Positions 37,998-49,672 of a stretch of DNA of 64,000 nucleotides are shown piece after piece. The notes under the pieces are model-generated. The model was not told the DNA's origin. It did no database searches and saw nothing but the letters and a program-made list of their open reading frames with translations. The position numbers and the translations under genes were made by a program. Source of the DNA: Tricharina praecox (Eukaryota); assembly GCF_024521635.1 (NCBI RefSeq), contig NW_026250409.1:558001-622000 (forward strand), written 5' to 3'. Every line of letters begins with the position of its first letter. The first letter of the stretch is position 1.

Positions 37998-39642
37998 TTC
38001 TGGTGATGGTGTTGGATTTATTTTACTGCTTTCGATGGGTTGACAGTTGGGTATGGTATGTAGGAGTGTACGGAGGAGGAGGTTTTTGGAAAGGGATTCG
38101 GCGAGCTTTTTGTATGCATATGGGCCAGCATTGGGATTGGGCACGGGTTGTGGCTTAGGTAGGTATCTTCGTATTTTTTCAGTGTTGCCTGACCATTCAT
38201 GGGGAGGGGGCTACGTAGTCTGCCAGGCGTTACATAAAACACATGATCGTTGAGGGTTGGAGATGCTCTGGGTGAGCATAGCCTCGTTGGCTGGGCAGAT
38301 CAGTGCGCGGGTATAAGGCCGCCAACAGATACTGTAACGTTACGGCCGGTATCCCTACTCCAGAGTGATGTGTCGTGGCGGGCTATAGATAGACTTTCCC
38401 ACCGGAGCATGGTAGATCACTCGAATCTTGGCGACTTGCAGTTGGGACTGTGGACTTGAAGTTCATCTTTGCTGGGAGGAACAGGATCTGTAACTGCCAT
38501 GATCTGATAAGGCCGGATACAATAATTGTTAAACAGAAGAAAAAGGTTCATCTTTCCATCTACCAATGAAGAAACAGAAAAAACGAGGTTCACCATTGCA
38601 TTCATGAAGGAGCCAAAAAAAACATGCGGTTTGTCGTTGTATTTCCGAGGTTAGAGTACATCGAGTAGACGTCTCCCTCAACACGAGCCTACAGTAGTTG
38701 AGTGAGTCACTGTACATATGCCTGTATGTATGTAGGCTTGGTAGTCTGTAGATCTACAGTGCCGAGAATCGAGACATGGTTTATTAGCAACCGATATTCA
38801 ACACGGACGAATTGAAGTCCGAACCGTATGATACGTACGCCACCATCGCAGTCACATGATCGGTAGAGATGCTAGATGGTATGAAAGCAGCGATCCCGCT
38901 ATTTAGTAGGGAGGATCTGCCGGTGAAAGTGCGCACTTCAAAGTTTTTCGAATGCTGGTGACGAGGGGGCGGGGTCCGAATGAGGGTTGGTGCCAGGTGC
39001 AGCGACGAAGTGGAGCAGAGAAAAACCCGAACTGAGGCCTAACTGCTGGTAACTATTTCAAATAGGAAGTGTCTATAGTACCACTAGTATTCCGATGGAC
39101 TGGCTTTGGTACTCTATATACCTAGTGGCCTGTCCGAATACCCGTGGATTTGTCCAGCGGAGTGGTCACCTGTTATTGATTTGTACAATACACACATAGC
39201 CACTGCTCATAACACCGCAGTGATGTCTCCTACCTAAATATGATCCGCTTGGGCTATGTACATACAAATCTGGCCCCCGCAGCTTTGATCTCCTAGATAT
39301 GAATCTCGCGACTACGAATCGTGCCTGCTTGTTCATTTAGCCTTCAACTACCTATACCGCTCCACATCCGGCGCTTCACGGTATCGACGAGTTACATACC
39401 CACATGGTAGCGCTGGCAATGACATGGCACCAAGCCCTCGCCATCCATCTCGGACGACTGGTGTTGTCGTGGTGGTATGAAGATCACTCCATCCAACAAG
39501 CGGAGGTTAGCTGGGAGATCACTCGGTCCGGAACTATCTGGACCGGAGAAGCCTGTCATCGCAAATTTTTTATGTACATAGGTACATACCTACAAGATCA
39601 GAGACCTCGAGCAGAGGAGCAGTACAGTCATGCTGTTTTGGG

Positions 39643-39734
39643 CTTCCTTCCCACACCCTCCTTCATAGCATCTCCTGATGAAGAGGCAGAGTGCGAGGCA
39701 GAGTAGGGAGCGGAATTTGTCTTTCCTAGTGTTG
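39643..39734 (+). mobile_element. Short 3'-terminal fragment of the same LINE family as 10242-10725
   Basis: Encodes FLPTPSFIASPDEEA followed by GAGTAGGGA...TTTGTCTTTCCTAGTGTT, matching the tail of the 10.3-kb copy. Confidence 0.65.
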
Positions 39735-40234
39735 TTCTAACCCAGTGGTAGTTAGAAAAGACCGGTCTATAAATGGCCCGGCCTATCTATACCACTGTAC
39801 TCTACTCTAGTAGACAGGCGGCCCGTGAATGAATTATTACGGGCCGGATCTACTCTACCAACTGGCCGAACCATGGTAAGAATTTTTCTCGGGTAACTGG
39901 GCTATGTAGCCCAAGTAGTAGATATATCTATGAGTATATAGGCAAATCCATATCAAATCTACAGATACCGGTTGGCTGGCTCAGCGGGCAAAATTCATCA
40001 GACACCACTATGCCTACTCTACCACGGCGGGTTCTGGGACATTCGGGTTTTTCTCTGCACATGAAAATCATCAGACACAGCCAGTTTTCGTCTGGCTTAA
40101 TGACATCACGTCTCCGGGCTACCATCAACTTCTCTGTTGTGGCTATGTATGCAAATTGTGATTCTCTCGGTGGCAGAAGGATAGCTACTCTACCGTAGTG
40201 AGCCCTGCGGATAACTCGGCTATATAGCATGGTT

Positions 40235-40744
40235 GAAAATTTTCTTCGTCTTGTGAACCACTTCTTTCTTATCACCAATACAGACATCAGACCGATGTTG
40301 ATATCACCCTATTGGGGAGGTTCTGCTGGTGAAGTGCGCACTTCCTGCCAAGGCACACTATTAGCACCTGAAGTGCGAGTTGACGTGCAACTTGGAGGCT
40401 GTACTATTATGTAGGCGCAGAGCAAGTGCGCACTTGAAAACTGTAAATAAACACGCCGATTAGTTAATACAAACACCAGGCCAGGGGGAACAACTTTTTT
40501 TGACACTATCCACCACGATAATGCTCACTCTCGAGTCTTCAGAGTCCGGATGCCAGATGGTGGCGGTCCCCAAAACCTCCACTTCGTCACTACTACTTAG
40601 GTATACACCCACCAACTCTCATTTGGACCCCCAGGTCACCAGCATTCGAAGTGCGCACTTCACCACCAGAACCTTCCTAATAGGGTATTATCGGTTTGAT
40701 GTCTGTGTTGGTGACAAGTGATTCACGAGACGAAGAAAATTTTC
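40235..40744. mobile_element. 510-bp foldback element with ~100-bp imperfect TIRs
   Basis: 40235-40344 (GAAAATTTTCTTCGTC...GGTGAAGTGCGCACTTC) is the reverse complement of 40648-40744, with small indels. Confidence 0.8.
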
Positions 40745-41699
40745 TGAAACTACCGTATCATACCATCATAGTTCCATGTCGACGTGTCGATGAGCGTTTG
40801 GATTATCCAGAGTGATCTGATCGTCTGCTCCAGCGTCGACAAAGTTACCTGAGTCATCAGGTTGCCCTCCAAGTTCCAGAGCTCTCCGCGAGCTGGACCG
40901 TGACGATGAGCAGCGAGAGCAGCAGTTTACTACCGTAATATCATTCCTAAGCCATGTTCCCAAGAACTTCAAACTCCCGAAAGTCCAAGAAGTGACGAGT
41001 CTGCATCCGCCCGATGGTATCCGGAGGGCATGTATGCAGCACAACGACCGCGGTCAATCCATTTCCTCTGAGATCGGAGCTCGAGTGAGCATCGAGACGG
41101 AGCACCGGGAGCGGTCCGTGAAGTGGTACGTCTCATTGGTGGGGAAGCGGTCAAGACGGGGCGAGTCGCCATACCCGGGGAAGGAGAGTTTCCGAGTCCA
41201 CAGGGTGAGGGAGTGAGATCCTATGCAGTGGTCGTCGTTTCGCCGTACAATGCTGTAGGTAGATGAGACCGCAAGCGTAGGCGCACGGGATAGTCATAGG
41301 AGGATTCACGAGACCATATGGGAATGACTACACATCCGTCACGCATGTTGATTCTGGGCCAGTGCTGTTATGTTGGGCTCCAAAAAGTGAAACAAGCCGT
41401 GGTAGGCTCGTGCGTGCTCTGGTGTGATATTATGTAGAGGCTCGAGCTCTGCTCATATGTAAGCTGATGCACTCGCAGCGAAGGGAGCCAGAAATTTCAC
41501 TCATAACAGATAATCTTATTTGACAGCGCTGATTTCATTGATTGCGGACATGCAACTACCGCACTCTATTTCCTAGCACCATCTTTCCAAGCGCCAAACA
41601 ATGGGACACTTCGACATTTCTCTTCGCGCCTGTCATAAATCTTCATTGTGCCCTCGTACAGAGACCAGGGTGACAATGAAAACAATTCTTTTTTCGCAT

Positions 41700-41939
41700 C
41701 AACCAGAGGCAGTGTGATACTGGTGACACAGTGGGAGTCGACATGCGCAAGCACAGCGGCCAACTCCCGAACTTCAAAAATAAGATTAATATTAGAACCG
41801 ATATATTATCGGATTTCAGATATTAAACTGAAAAGAACAGATACTACACTTGATCTAAGCCAAAAGGCTGTAAAGGGAATTATTAGCAGGTGATTCGAGG
41901 TTGATAGTTGCGGGTATGGAACACGTACCAAAGAGAGCT
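41700..41939 (-). ncRNA. U2: U2 spliceosomal snRNA gene interrupted by a 61-nt spliceosomal intron (41868-41928)
   Basis: Spliced sequence AGCTCTCTTTG|CCTTTTGGCTTAGATCAAGTGTAGTATCTGTTCTTTTCAGTTTAATATCTGAAA is the conserved fungal U2 5' domain, including branch-recognition GTAGTA. Sm site ATTTTTG (41781-41775); stem III GGGAGTTGGC/GTCGACTCCC; stem IV ACCAG/CTGGT. About 180 nt spliced. Confidence 0.93.
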
Positions 41940-41974
41940 AAAGAGAAAAAAAGAAGGGGAGAGGGGAGCGCTGG

Positions 41975-42041
41975 TTTTATACTGGGTGCAATGCGCTAGT
42001 GCGAGATTTTTGGCCGCTTCTAGGGCTAAGGGCTTAGGGCT
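41975..42041 (-). promoter_or_regulatory. U2 promoter: TATAAAA plus three tandem AGCCCT(A/T) motifs
   Basis: TATAAAA at 41981-41975, ~40 nt upstream of the U2 5' end; AGCCCTA-AGCCCTT-AGCCCTA at 42041-42021. Confidence 0.6.
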
Positions 42042-43240
42042 AAAGCTAGCACAAGAGCCAAGTGACAGTAGTGCTGTAGTGTACTAGTGTGACTCCTATG
42101 GAGTTCCAAGAGCTGTCACAACAATAACTAAGGGCAGGCGAACATCCATCCATCCATTCTGATGGTATCCACCCCTCCCTCCACCAAGTCTTTGGTCAGT
42201 GGAAGAGTATGCTTTTTGGTGACGAGTACATTCACGACGGCCACTCGCATGATCAGGTATAACCCACTGAATCATACCGACGTCCTTCTTTCGGCGGACA
42301 TTCGAGCTGTATCTCCATAAATGTATCTTTGATGCAGCATATTCGCCCCCGTTCAGGCTTTGGGTTGGAGGTACAATCCACCTCGAAGCTGCGTGTGGAT
42401 ATGCTCAGCTTCAACTTCAGTCCCACGCGTTGTTCTTACGTTCTTCCAAGTACTTATGGACATACATTCGTAAGGCATCGCTTCGTTCTGCTCCGATGCA
42501 TCAACAATGGCGCCGGAATTGAACAGGGACGAAATCTGGTTCCATCGTTTCATATTCCGCTCTTCGCCAGTAGATTGCTAAAAGATTGGCGTAATGTCGT
42601 GGGGAAATAATTGAACACCCACACAGCCTTGATCCCACGCAACATCAACCTCCCCTTCAGCACCCACTGGCACCATCGCCTGAGCCACCGTTGTACTTGT
42701 GGCCGAAGCCGAACAACATACGGTACCATGGGTTTGTAGGATGCTCTGATGGATAGCACTGGAGGACCTAGGTATTTGAACTTTTTGGCTTGGAAGCTGA
42801 CGGCTCTTGTGGGCGAGCAGATAGAGCTAGTGTTCGGACGGTAAGCAGCGAATACGGTAGGTGTGCGACGGTGTGAGTGATCGTGAATGAGGGGAATCGA
42901 TCCATAAAAGACGTCCTCAACGACCGACCTCACGCACTCGGCGCATTTCTCCCCCTCTCTTGGCCTCTATGCTCGAATAGGTGGAAACCCCTCTCTGGAC
43001 TCGTCTATGCACTGGTAGCCTCACGAGTCATTACGAGACAAGCTGTCGGTGGTGCGAGCCTTACTATATTGGCCTTGAACCAGTGTGATCCCCATAAAAA
43101 CGCCGCCGTTTATATATATACGCTTCACGACTTCTGCTTGAACATTCCTTCCCCTCACAGCCCAATCGTGACAATTTCCCACCTCTTCCCCCGGAATAAA
43201 AGACAAACAGTGCCAACTCTCACGAGTTGGCAAAATAAAA

Positions 43241-43347
43241 TGTCCGGTGCGAGGATCGAACTCGCGATCTTCGGATTGCTACCACTGGGTGGAAGTCATA
43301 TTGTGAGAGATATGAGACCGACGCTCTACCAACTGAGCCAACCAGAC
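43241..43347 (-). tRNA. tRNA-Met(CAT), elongator type, 34-nt intron (43277-43310)
   Basis: GTCTGGT acceptor stem, GCTCAGTTGGTAGAGC D-arm, TCGGT-CTCATA|A-TCCGA anticodon arm, GCGAGTTCGATCCTCGC T-arm, ACCGGACA, then a T-run terminator. Confidence 0.95.
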
Positions 43348-43745
43348 TTGGTGTCGAGTTGAGGGAGCGTGGCACTGAAGTCATTTTTGTATGGCTTTGA
43401 ACGGTGGAGTGGAGGGACCTGGTGTTACGAGGGTGTGGCCATGATCGGACCCGATGCGGAGGGTCAACGTTGAACTGTTTTTCTGTTGTTTCTATTCTAT
43501 TCTTATCTTGTTCATCTTGTTCATTCTCTGATTCATCACATAGACCATAGATCATAGACCACCTCAACCGAATAATTCATCACGTCGCTTCTTGTCTCAT
43601 GTTTTTAGGACTCTCAGTATGAATTACTAGAGCCTCTTTGTTCAAAAGCAAATCATCATTGCTATCAATCGCTTCAATATGAAAACAACACGAGCTAAGT
43701 ACTTAGGTCATCATCCAACTCATACCAACCGCCATCAACATCTAT

Positions 43746-45892
43746 TTAACGCCGTTTCGTGGCGCCCGTCTTTTTCTTATCCGCTCCGCTGGACACAGCA
43801 ACGGCCTTCTTCTTCTCCTTAACAACGGTTTCCGCACCTTCAATCTCCTTCTTCTCCTCCTCCTCGCCGTCCTCACCTCCCTGTCCGAACTCGTTGACTC
43901 TTCGGTGGTCGACACGGTACACCCAGCTCTGGTACAGTGCGATGAAGTAGATGACGTCGTCGCGCAGTGTAGCAAGACGATGGAGTGTGGGCATCTTGAT
44001 TGTGAAGGCGAAGAGGTCGTCGATGAAACTATGTTTTGTTAATAAGGCGCAAGGGAAGAGAGGAGGAGGTAGAATTACGTGTTCAGCAGCTTGTAGACCA
44101 TGGTCTTGCGCGGCATGTGTGCAACACTCTTGAGTTTGTAGTTGATGTACAGACTCGGCACCATCATCAGGAATCCGTAGGCGTAGACACTGCCGACGAG
44201 CGTAGTGATGATGAAAGAATACCAGGACTTGTGAGTGTCGTATAGAACGCTGTAGACGGCGTACGCTGCGAGTAGGGGGACCGCGACCCAGTAGAGGTAC
44301 TTGAACGCCTCCTCGTCGTACTCCTTGGTCTCCTTCTCGAGCTGAGAGAGCTTGTGCTTGTCCTCGAAAGAGATCTTGTAGGGAAGCAGTGATCCAGGGG
44401 GAGTGGGGAGGACCTTAACGTCGACCATGCGGGTGATCTTCCACGCCTCGAGGAGGATTCCGAAACCTTGGCCGAAGAGGATCATCCAGCTGGTACCGTC
44501 GGAATTGTCGAGGAGGTACAGGAAGATAACGGCTTGCATGAAGACGTTGGCAAGGATCGTGCGAACGGAGATACCGACGTTATCCTTCTTGTTGCGCCAA
44601 TGCGAGATATCGTTCTTGAACGCGAGCATCTCGAATACGGTGTGCAACAGCGAGACGATAGCAGTGGTGCCCAGAAGGTAGATGTTGGTCTCAATCAGGA
44701 CACGCTTGAACTCCTCGAGTTCGGCTCCAGTTGAGGCGCTCTGGCCAAGTGCTGTGTTGGGATTGGCCGCGGACTGCTTGAACGAAAAGTCCATCGACGA
44801 AATGATCTGGAATTTCCAGAACGAGACAGGAGTAATGTCAATGTACAGCGGCAGCGTCTTGACAGTGCTGTTGAGCTCCACCATGTGGTCCCGCAGCAGC
44901 CAGAACTCATTGGGGTAGATGATAGGGTAGTACCATCCATTGCGTCCGGTCTTCTCCCTGGCACCAGTCTGCTCAAGGACAACATGCTGCCTCAGCGGAA
45001 CCGGAAGGGTCTTGTAATGCAGTACGCCGCCGTCTCCAACCAAGTTCAACGTGAGGTTCGAGTGCCAGTAGCTGGTGATTATGGGCCTTCCTTCGGGGGT
45101 CGTGGCGGCGATCTCCTCATCGTCGGCAGAATCCTCCTCCGTGCCACCGATAAGCTTCTTAGTTTTGACAACCTTCTTCTTTTGGTGGTACCGAGTGAGT
45201 AGCTTGATGACCTTGTAGCTCTGCGTCGGGTCGTATCCGTGGGCGTACGGATCCATTTCCGCGCCATTTTTCGCCACAAAGATATGCGCGAACAATGTTC
45301 CGTTGTGCTGCACCGACTCGGAGAAGTTGACATCAACCGCCATCGACCGCTTCTCGTTCCAATCGCCCATTTTGATGTCCTTCTCACTGAAGACCAGATT
45401 CTCCTGCATCTTGGGATGCGACAACTGTGGCAGGTTGAAGTCCTCGGAAAGGTAGATGCTCATGTCCATGGATGTGCCTTCGCCCCAGATAGGCGAGACC
45501 TGATCGGGGATGTGGAGGTAGTTGTCAACATCTTGCGAGTAGTAGCGATTCTCGAAGTTTCCGGCGGGGGGTGAGGAAATGACCGCGCCGGTCGTCTGGT
45601 CGACTTTCGTCGTGGTCTGGGCAGCGGGTGAGAAGTACTCTGCGACGGGATGTCAGAATCCAACCAAGAATCAACCGGGAGAGGGGGAAGCTACTAATTG
45701 CGCTTTGGACGACGAAGAAGATTAGAATACCGTTGATAGCGGGTCGGATGTTGTCCTGTACAAGAGTAAGCAACAGTGACCTTCAAGCCTGGGATGAATT
45801 GCGGAAACGGATGGGCATCGTGGAATAGAGCATACCATGAAGCTGGACTGCTGTGCAGGGGCCTGAGCACCTCTTGGTGCTGGAGTGGCCAT
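43746..45892 (-). CDS. CLPTM1: CLPTM1-family membrane protein (lipid scramblase family), multi-exon
   Basis: HNGTLFAHIF, YWHSNLT, YYPIIYPNEFW, ETNIYLL, FEMLAFKNDISHW, EAWKI, TKEYD, LYINYKLKSVAHMP, YKLLNT|FIDDLFAFTIKMPTLHRLATLRDD. First exon MATPAPRGAQAPAQQSSFM. Confidence 0.93.
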
Positions 45893-47829
45893 ATTGAAAT
45901 ATTGTCGTAGAGGTTTCGATATGTGGCCTGACTCTGTCGAAACGTGAGCATGGAGGACGAGAAGGCACTTTTACGACTCAACTCCTGTTCCAGATGTGCA
46001 AGGGTCGGACGGCCCTGGGGAACCAAGCCTTTACTAGTCCAAATTGGGAAACTTTGGACTTCGAACATTTGAATACATGTACCTCGTGAGAATTCCCGAA
46101 CCCAAGGTTACAAGCTAAGACCTAAGGGGTGCTGTTCACGACCGCTCGAGAAATCATCTTCTTATCTCATCTCTGTATCTAGGTTCACCACCGTTAACAA
46201 CCGTTCCATATATGTCCGGAGCTCATTCAGTCAAGACACGAGGCAGGCTTTACGATGCCTACCGGCATGTACCAGGTAAGTATACACGTACTATACTTGA
46301 TTTCTCTAATGATGTCGAAGTTTGACTATCGCCCCCAAAAGCCCTATGGAATCTCCACCCTATCCGTTCAAATTTACGATGATCAGGTCGACCATCTCGC
46401 CTTTCGAGTGGGCTCAAGATGGCTCAATCCACAAGACTACTAACTACCACCAATAATCATGGGTGCTCCGTCTGATGGCATTGTTTGCAATTAGGTATCA
46501 CAAGTCTTGGGACTCGGAGATGGGAAACTATGTAGGTGTGTCTTCAAGACCACCAGCGAGACCACTGACCGTTTGCGCGGCCACATCATGAAGTTATGGA
46601 GAAAGTCTTGTGGCTGTGCTTAGGCAAGAGGGGATCCGTTTACGAGCCTCGGTGATCAACACAGCCTCGGACCATTCTAGTAGGAGCCTGAATGCGTGAT
46701 CACGGAGAACTGGGACACGCTTTGGGCGGAGCCAGTCTGGATGGATTCTTGCAGAGTGTTATCCTCGACTGGTGTTTTCCGGATTGGTTGCGGGTTTGTT
46801 TTTTGTTTAGGATGTTATGGTTTTGTGATAATGCGCCAGACATGGTAAGGCTTCCATCTCACAGATATGGATCTACCCTTCATCTCAACCAATTCCTCCA
46901 TTGATGATATGGCAGAGCAATTAATACACCATGGCCCTCGATACTTCCTCCTCCTCCTCCTCCTTCTACTCGTTGAGACGGGCTTTGGGTGAATCATACA
47001 CACCTGAGATCTTCTCGAGCCGCCTCGAATAGTAATGTCTCTTCCATTTCTCTAACAGAGTACCAACAGCTCCATGGCAGTTATGAGATCCCGTCCAGGA
47101 GAAGAAGCATGCTATGACCGTTTGGGAAGATACGTACACGCAGAGCCCCCGCAACGAGACACTCGACGTGAAAACGGGGGAAAAAACAAACGCTCGAGGT
47201 GTTTGTGTACCAGGCTGCTCCTTGTATTGAGCGAGTCTCATATATTTGCTGTCTTTGGGTAGTACTGGTGATCATGTGTGAGGATGCTGCTGTGGACGGA
47301 ATGACAATGAAACCAGGATTGCACCAATACCTACCTCCTGACTCGGTATTGAACCGCGATTACTTACCTTGGAGAGAGAAATCAGCCGGAATTCTGGAGC
47401 TGGACGGTAACCAGCTGCCCTGATTCTGAGGACGGACGGTTCCGTACGAGTGAAAACAGCATTTATGTTAAGAGCCGTGAGTTCCGAAACTTTAAGACAC
47501 GGTAGGTGACTCGCCGAGTCGGTGAACCATAATTTTGCCACGCAGTCGCTGCTGATTCGAGCCATGGCCTCGCCCCAAGAAAGAACAGCAACGAATAGCA
47601 TATCGCGCTAATCCGCACTTGGAAAAGCGCGGTAGCCGAGTGAGAGCTATGACGTAGAAGGGGGAGAGGAGGGTTGCTCAGGCTCCCCCGCCAACCTCCG
47701 AGCTCGAAGTTCTACTTAATTCTACTCAACACCCGCAACTCCCTGCGTCATCTCTTCAAATCCCACACGAACGCACTCATCTCGGGCTCCTCATCTCTCT
47801 CAAATCGCCTTCATCGATATCTACACACA

Positions 47830-48477
47830 ATGGCCTCTACCGCTGCCACCATCAGCGCCGCTGGCGCCTTCACCGTCTGCGTCTTCTGCGGCGCCAACCC
47901 CGGCGCCTCCCCGCAATACCAGCAAGCGGCCTACGACCTCGCCGCTCTCTTCCACAAGAACAGCTGGAACCTCGTCTACGGCGGCGGCACAGTGGGGTTG
48001 ATGGGCGCGGTTTCGCGCACGCTCGTTTCCCTCTCCGGCCCCACCTCCGTCCACGGGATTATTCCGCGGCCGTTGATCAAGTTCGAGCAGGGCGGTGTCA
48101 TCGCGCCGGCGAGTGAGTACGGTACTACTACCGTCGTGGAGGATATGCATGCGAGAAAGGCGATGATGGGGAGGTTGTCGAAAGCGTTTGTCGTCATGCC
48201 TGGTGGATTCGGTACGATGGAGGAGTTCTTTGAGGTAGTTACGTGGAATCAGTTGGGGATTCATGATTGTCCGGTGGTGGTGCTCAACATCGGGGGGTTC
48301 TATGATGGACTGCTTGGTTGGGTCACGAAGGCTATCGAGGAGGGTTTCATCAAGGAGAATTTGAGAGGGATCATCGTCGAGGCGAAGACAGTGGATGAGG
48401 TGGAGGAGGCGATAAGAAACTATACGCCTGCGGAGGGAAGGTTTGATTTGGATTGGAAGAGTGAAGGGAAGGTTTGA
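47830..48477 (+). CDS. LOG1: LOG-family cytokinin riboside 5'-monophosphate phosphoribohydrolase
   Basis: VCVFCGA, LVYGGGTVGLMG, VHGIIP, DMHARK, PGGFGTMEE, WNQLGIH, GFYD. Confidence 0.92.
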   Translation: MASTAATISAAGAFTVCVFCGANPGASPQYQQAAYDLAALFHKNSWNLVYGGGTVGLMGAVSRTLVSLSGPTSVHGIIPRPLIKFEQGGVIAPASEYGTTTVVEDMHARKAMMGRLSKAFVVMPGGFGTMEEFFEVVTWNQLGIHDCPVVVLNIGGFYDGLLGWVTKAIEEGFIKENLRGIIVEAKTVDEVEEAIRNYTPAEGRFDLDWKSEGKV

Positions 48478-48709
48478 GAAAGAAACGTGTCCAATGGTTT
48501 CATCGGCTTTGCGGCGTTTCTTAGTAGATTGTACCGGATGATTTTGTTTGCTCCATCTGGTTCACTTTTTCCTTGTCTTGTTTTAGAGAACAGAACAGCT
48601 GGTTTCCTCAGTCATTATGATTGCCAAATGCCGCCCCCGTGACCTCGTAAGAATCGTGAACGCCATCCCTTTGTTTTGTCCAGTTGATATCTAACGAGCT
48701 CCCAGACCT

Positions 48710-49672
48710 CTATGCATCAACTTCCATCGAATCCCCAGCAGCATCCCCGCTACTCTCCGCCGGTGGCGCCGCAGGGGCAGCCGGAGCAGTTCCTCTAGAA
48801 CCACGGCTACTCTGTGTGCTTCCCAACTTCTCCAGCCAGTCCGCAACCTCGTCACCGTCGTAGAGCTTGAACTTCTCATTCTTACCCACAATCGCCAATG
48901 AGACGTTGGCAGTCGTGAGCTCCTTATCCTGCGCCAAGCTATCCCTCAACGCCCTCAACCCATGCAGCACCAGCTCCTCCCTACTGGCATCCTCGAATCC
49001 CTCAAAATTCCTCTCCAGGTATGTCCTGGCACTCTGGCTCCTGGCACCGATCGCCGCGCCACGGTACTCAAGCACCATTCCGGAAGGCTGAAACTCCCAG
49101 AGGTGGGGGCCCGTCTCATCGACACCGGCAACCAGTAGTCCAACACCGTACGGCCTGCGTCCGTAGTGCTGTGTATTAACCTGCGCCTTGTCGGCGATCG
49201 CATTGACGACGCGGGCGATGGGGACCGGGCGGTTGTAGAGCAGTCGTGATGACATGGACTGCTGACGCATGAAGTTGGAGAGGACGCGGGCGTCGGGCGC
49301 GAGACCGGCGAGGGCTACTCCGAGATGGGCGTCGATTCCGATGATCTTCTTCTGGTAGGAACCGAGCTCTTCGGCGTTCCTCTGGTGCTCTGTTAACACC
49401 CGCGAGACGAAGCCGGCACCGGGGGTGGAGGGAGGAGGCCGAGAAGGTACATACCTTGAGAGCCACGAGCACCGCATGCGTTTTGCTGACCAGCCCAACG
49501 GCGGCGGAACCTTGTTTGATGGCTTCTAGGGCATATTCGACCTGGAAGATGCGGCCCTGGGGAGAGCTACCAGTCCGGATTCGAATCAGTTCTCTGTAGA
49601 CAACTATGGGAATTAGGGAATCCGGGAAACGTACAAGGTGACCGAGTCGTTGTCGTAGTTGTTCCGAAACAT
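48710..49672 (-). CDS. PRE5: 20S proteasome subunit alpha-6, 3 exons
   Basis: [37 protein letters not shown]...[37 protein letters not shown]. Confidence 0.96.

Noticed and set aside
39404..39570. Pogo/Fot1 transposase HTH remnant (HSIQQAEVSWEITRSG)
   Set aside because: Resemblance is too short and weak to call without a profile search.
39743..39850. Two short hairpins (CAGTGGTA...TACCACTG; CGGCCCGT...ACGGGCCG)
   Set aside because: Arms are only ~8-11 bp with no TSD; probably TE debris, not classifiable.
41566..41893. Short ORFs of 65 aa (-) and 81 aa (+)
   Set aside because: They overlap the U2 snRNA gene and are incidental.
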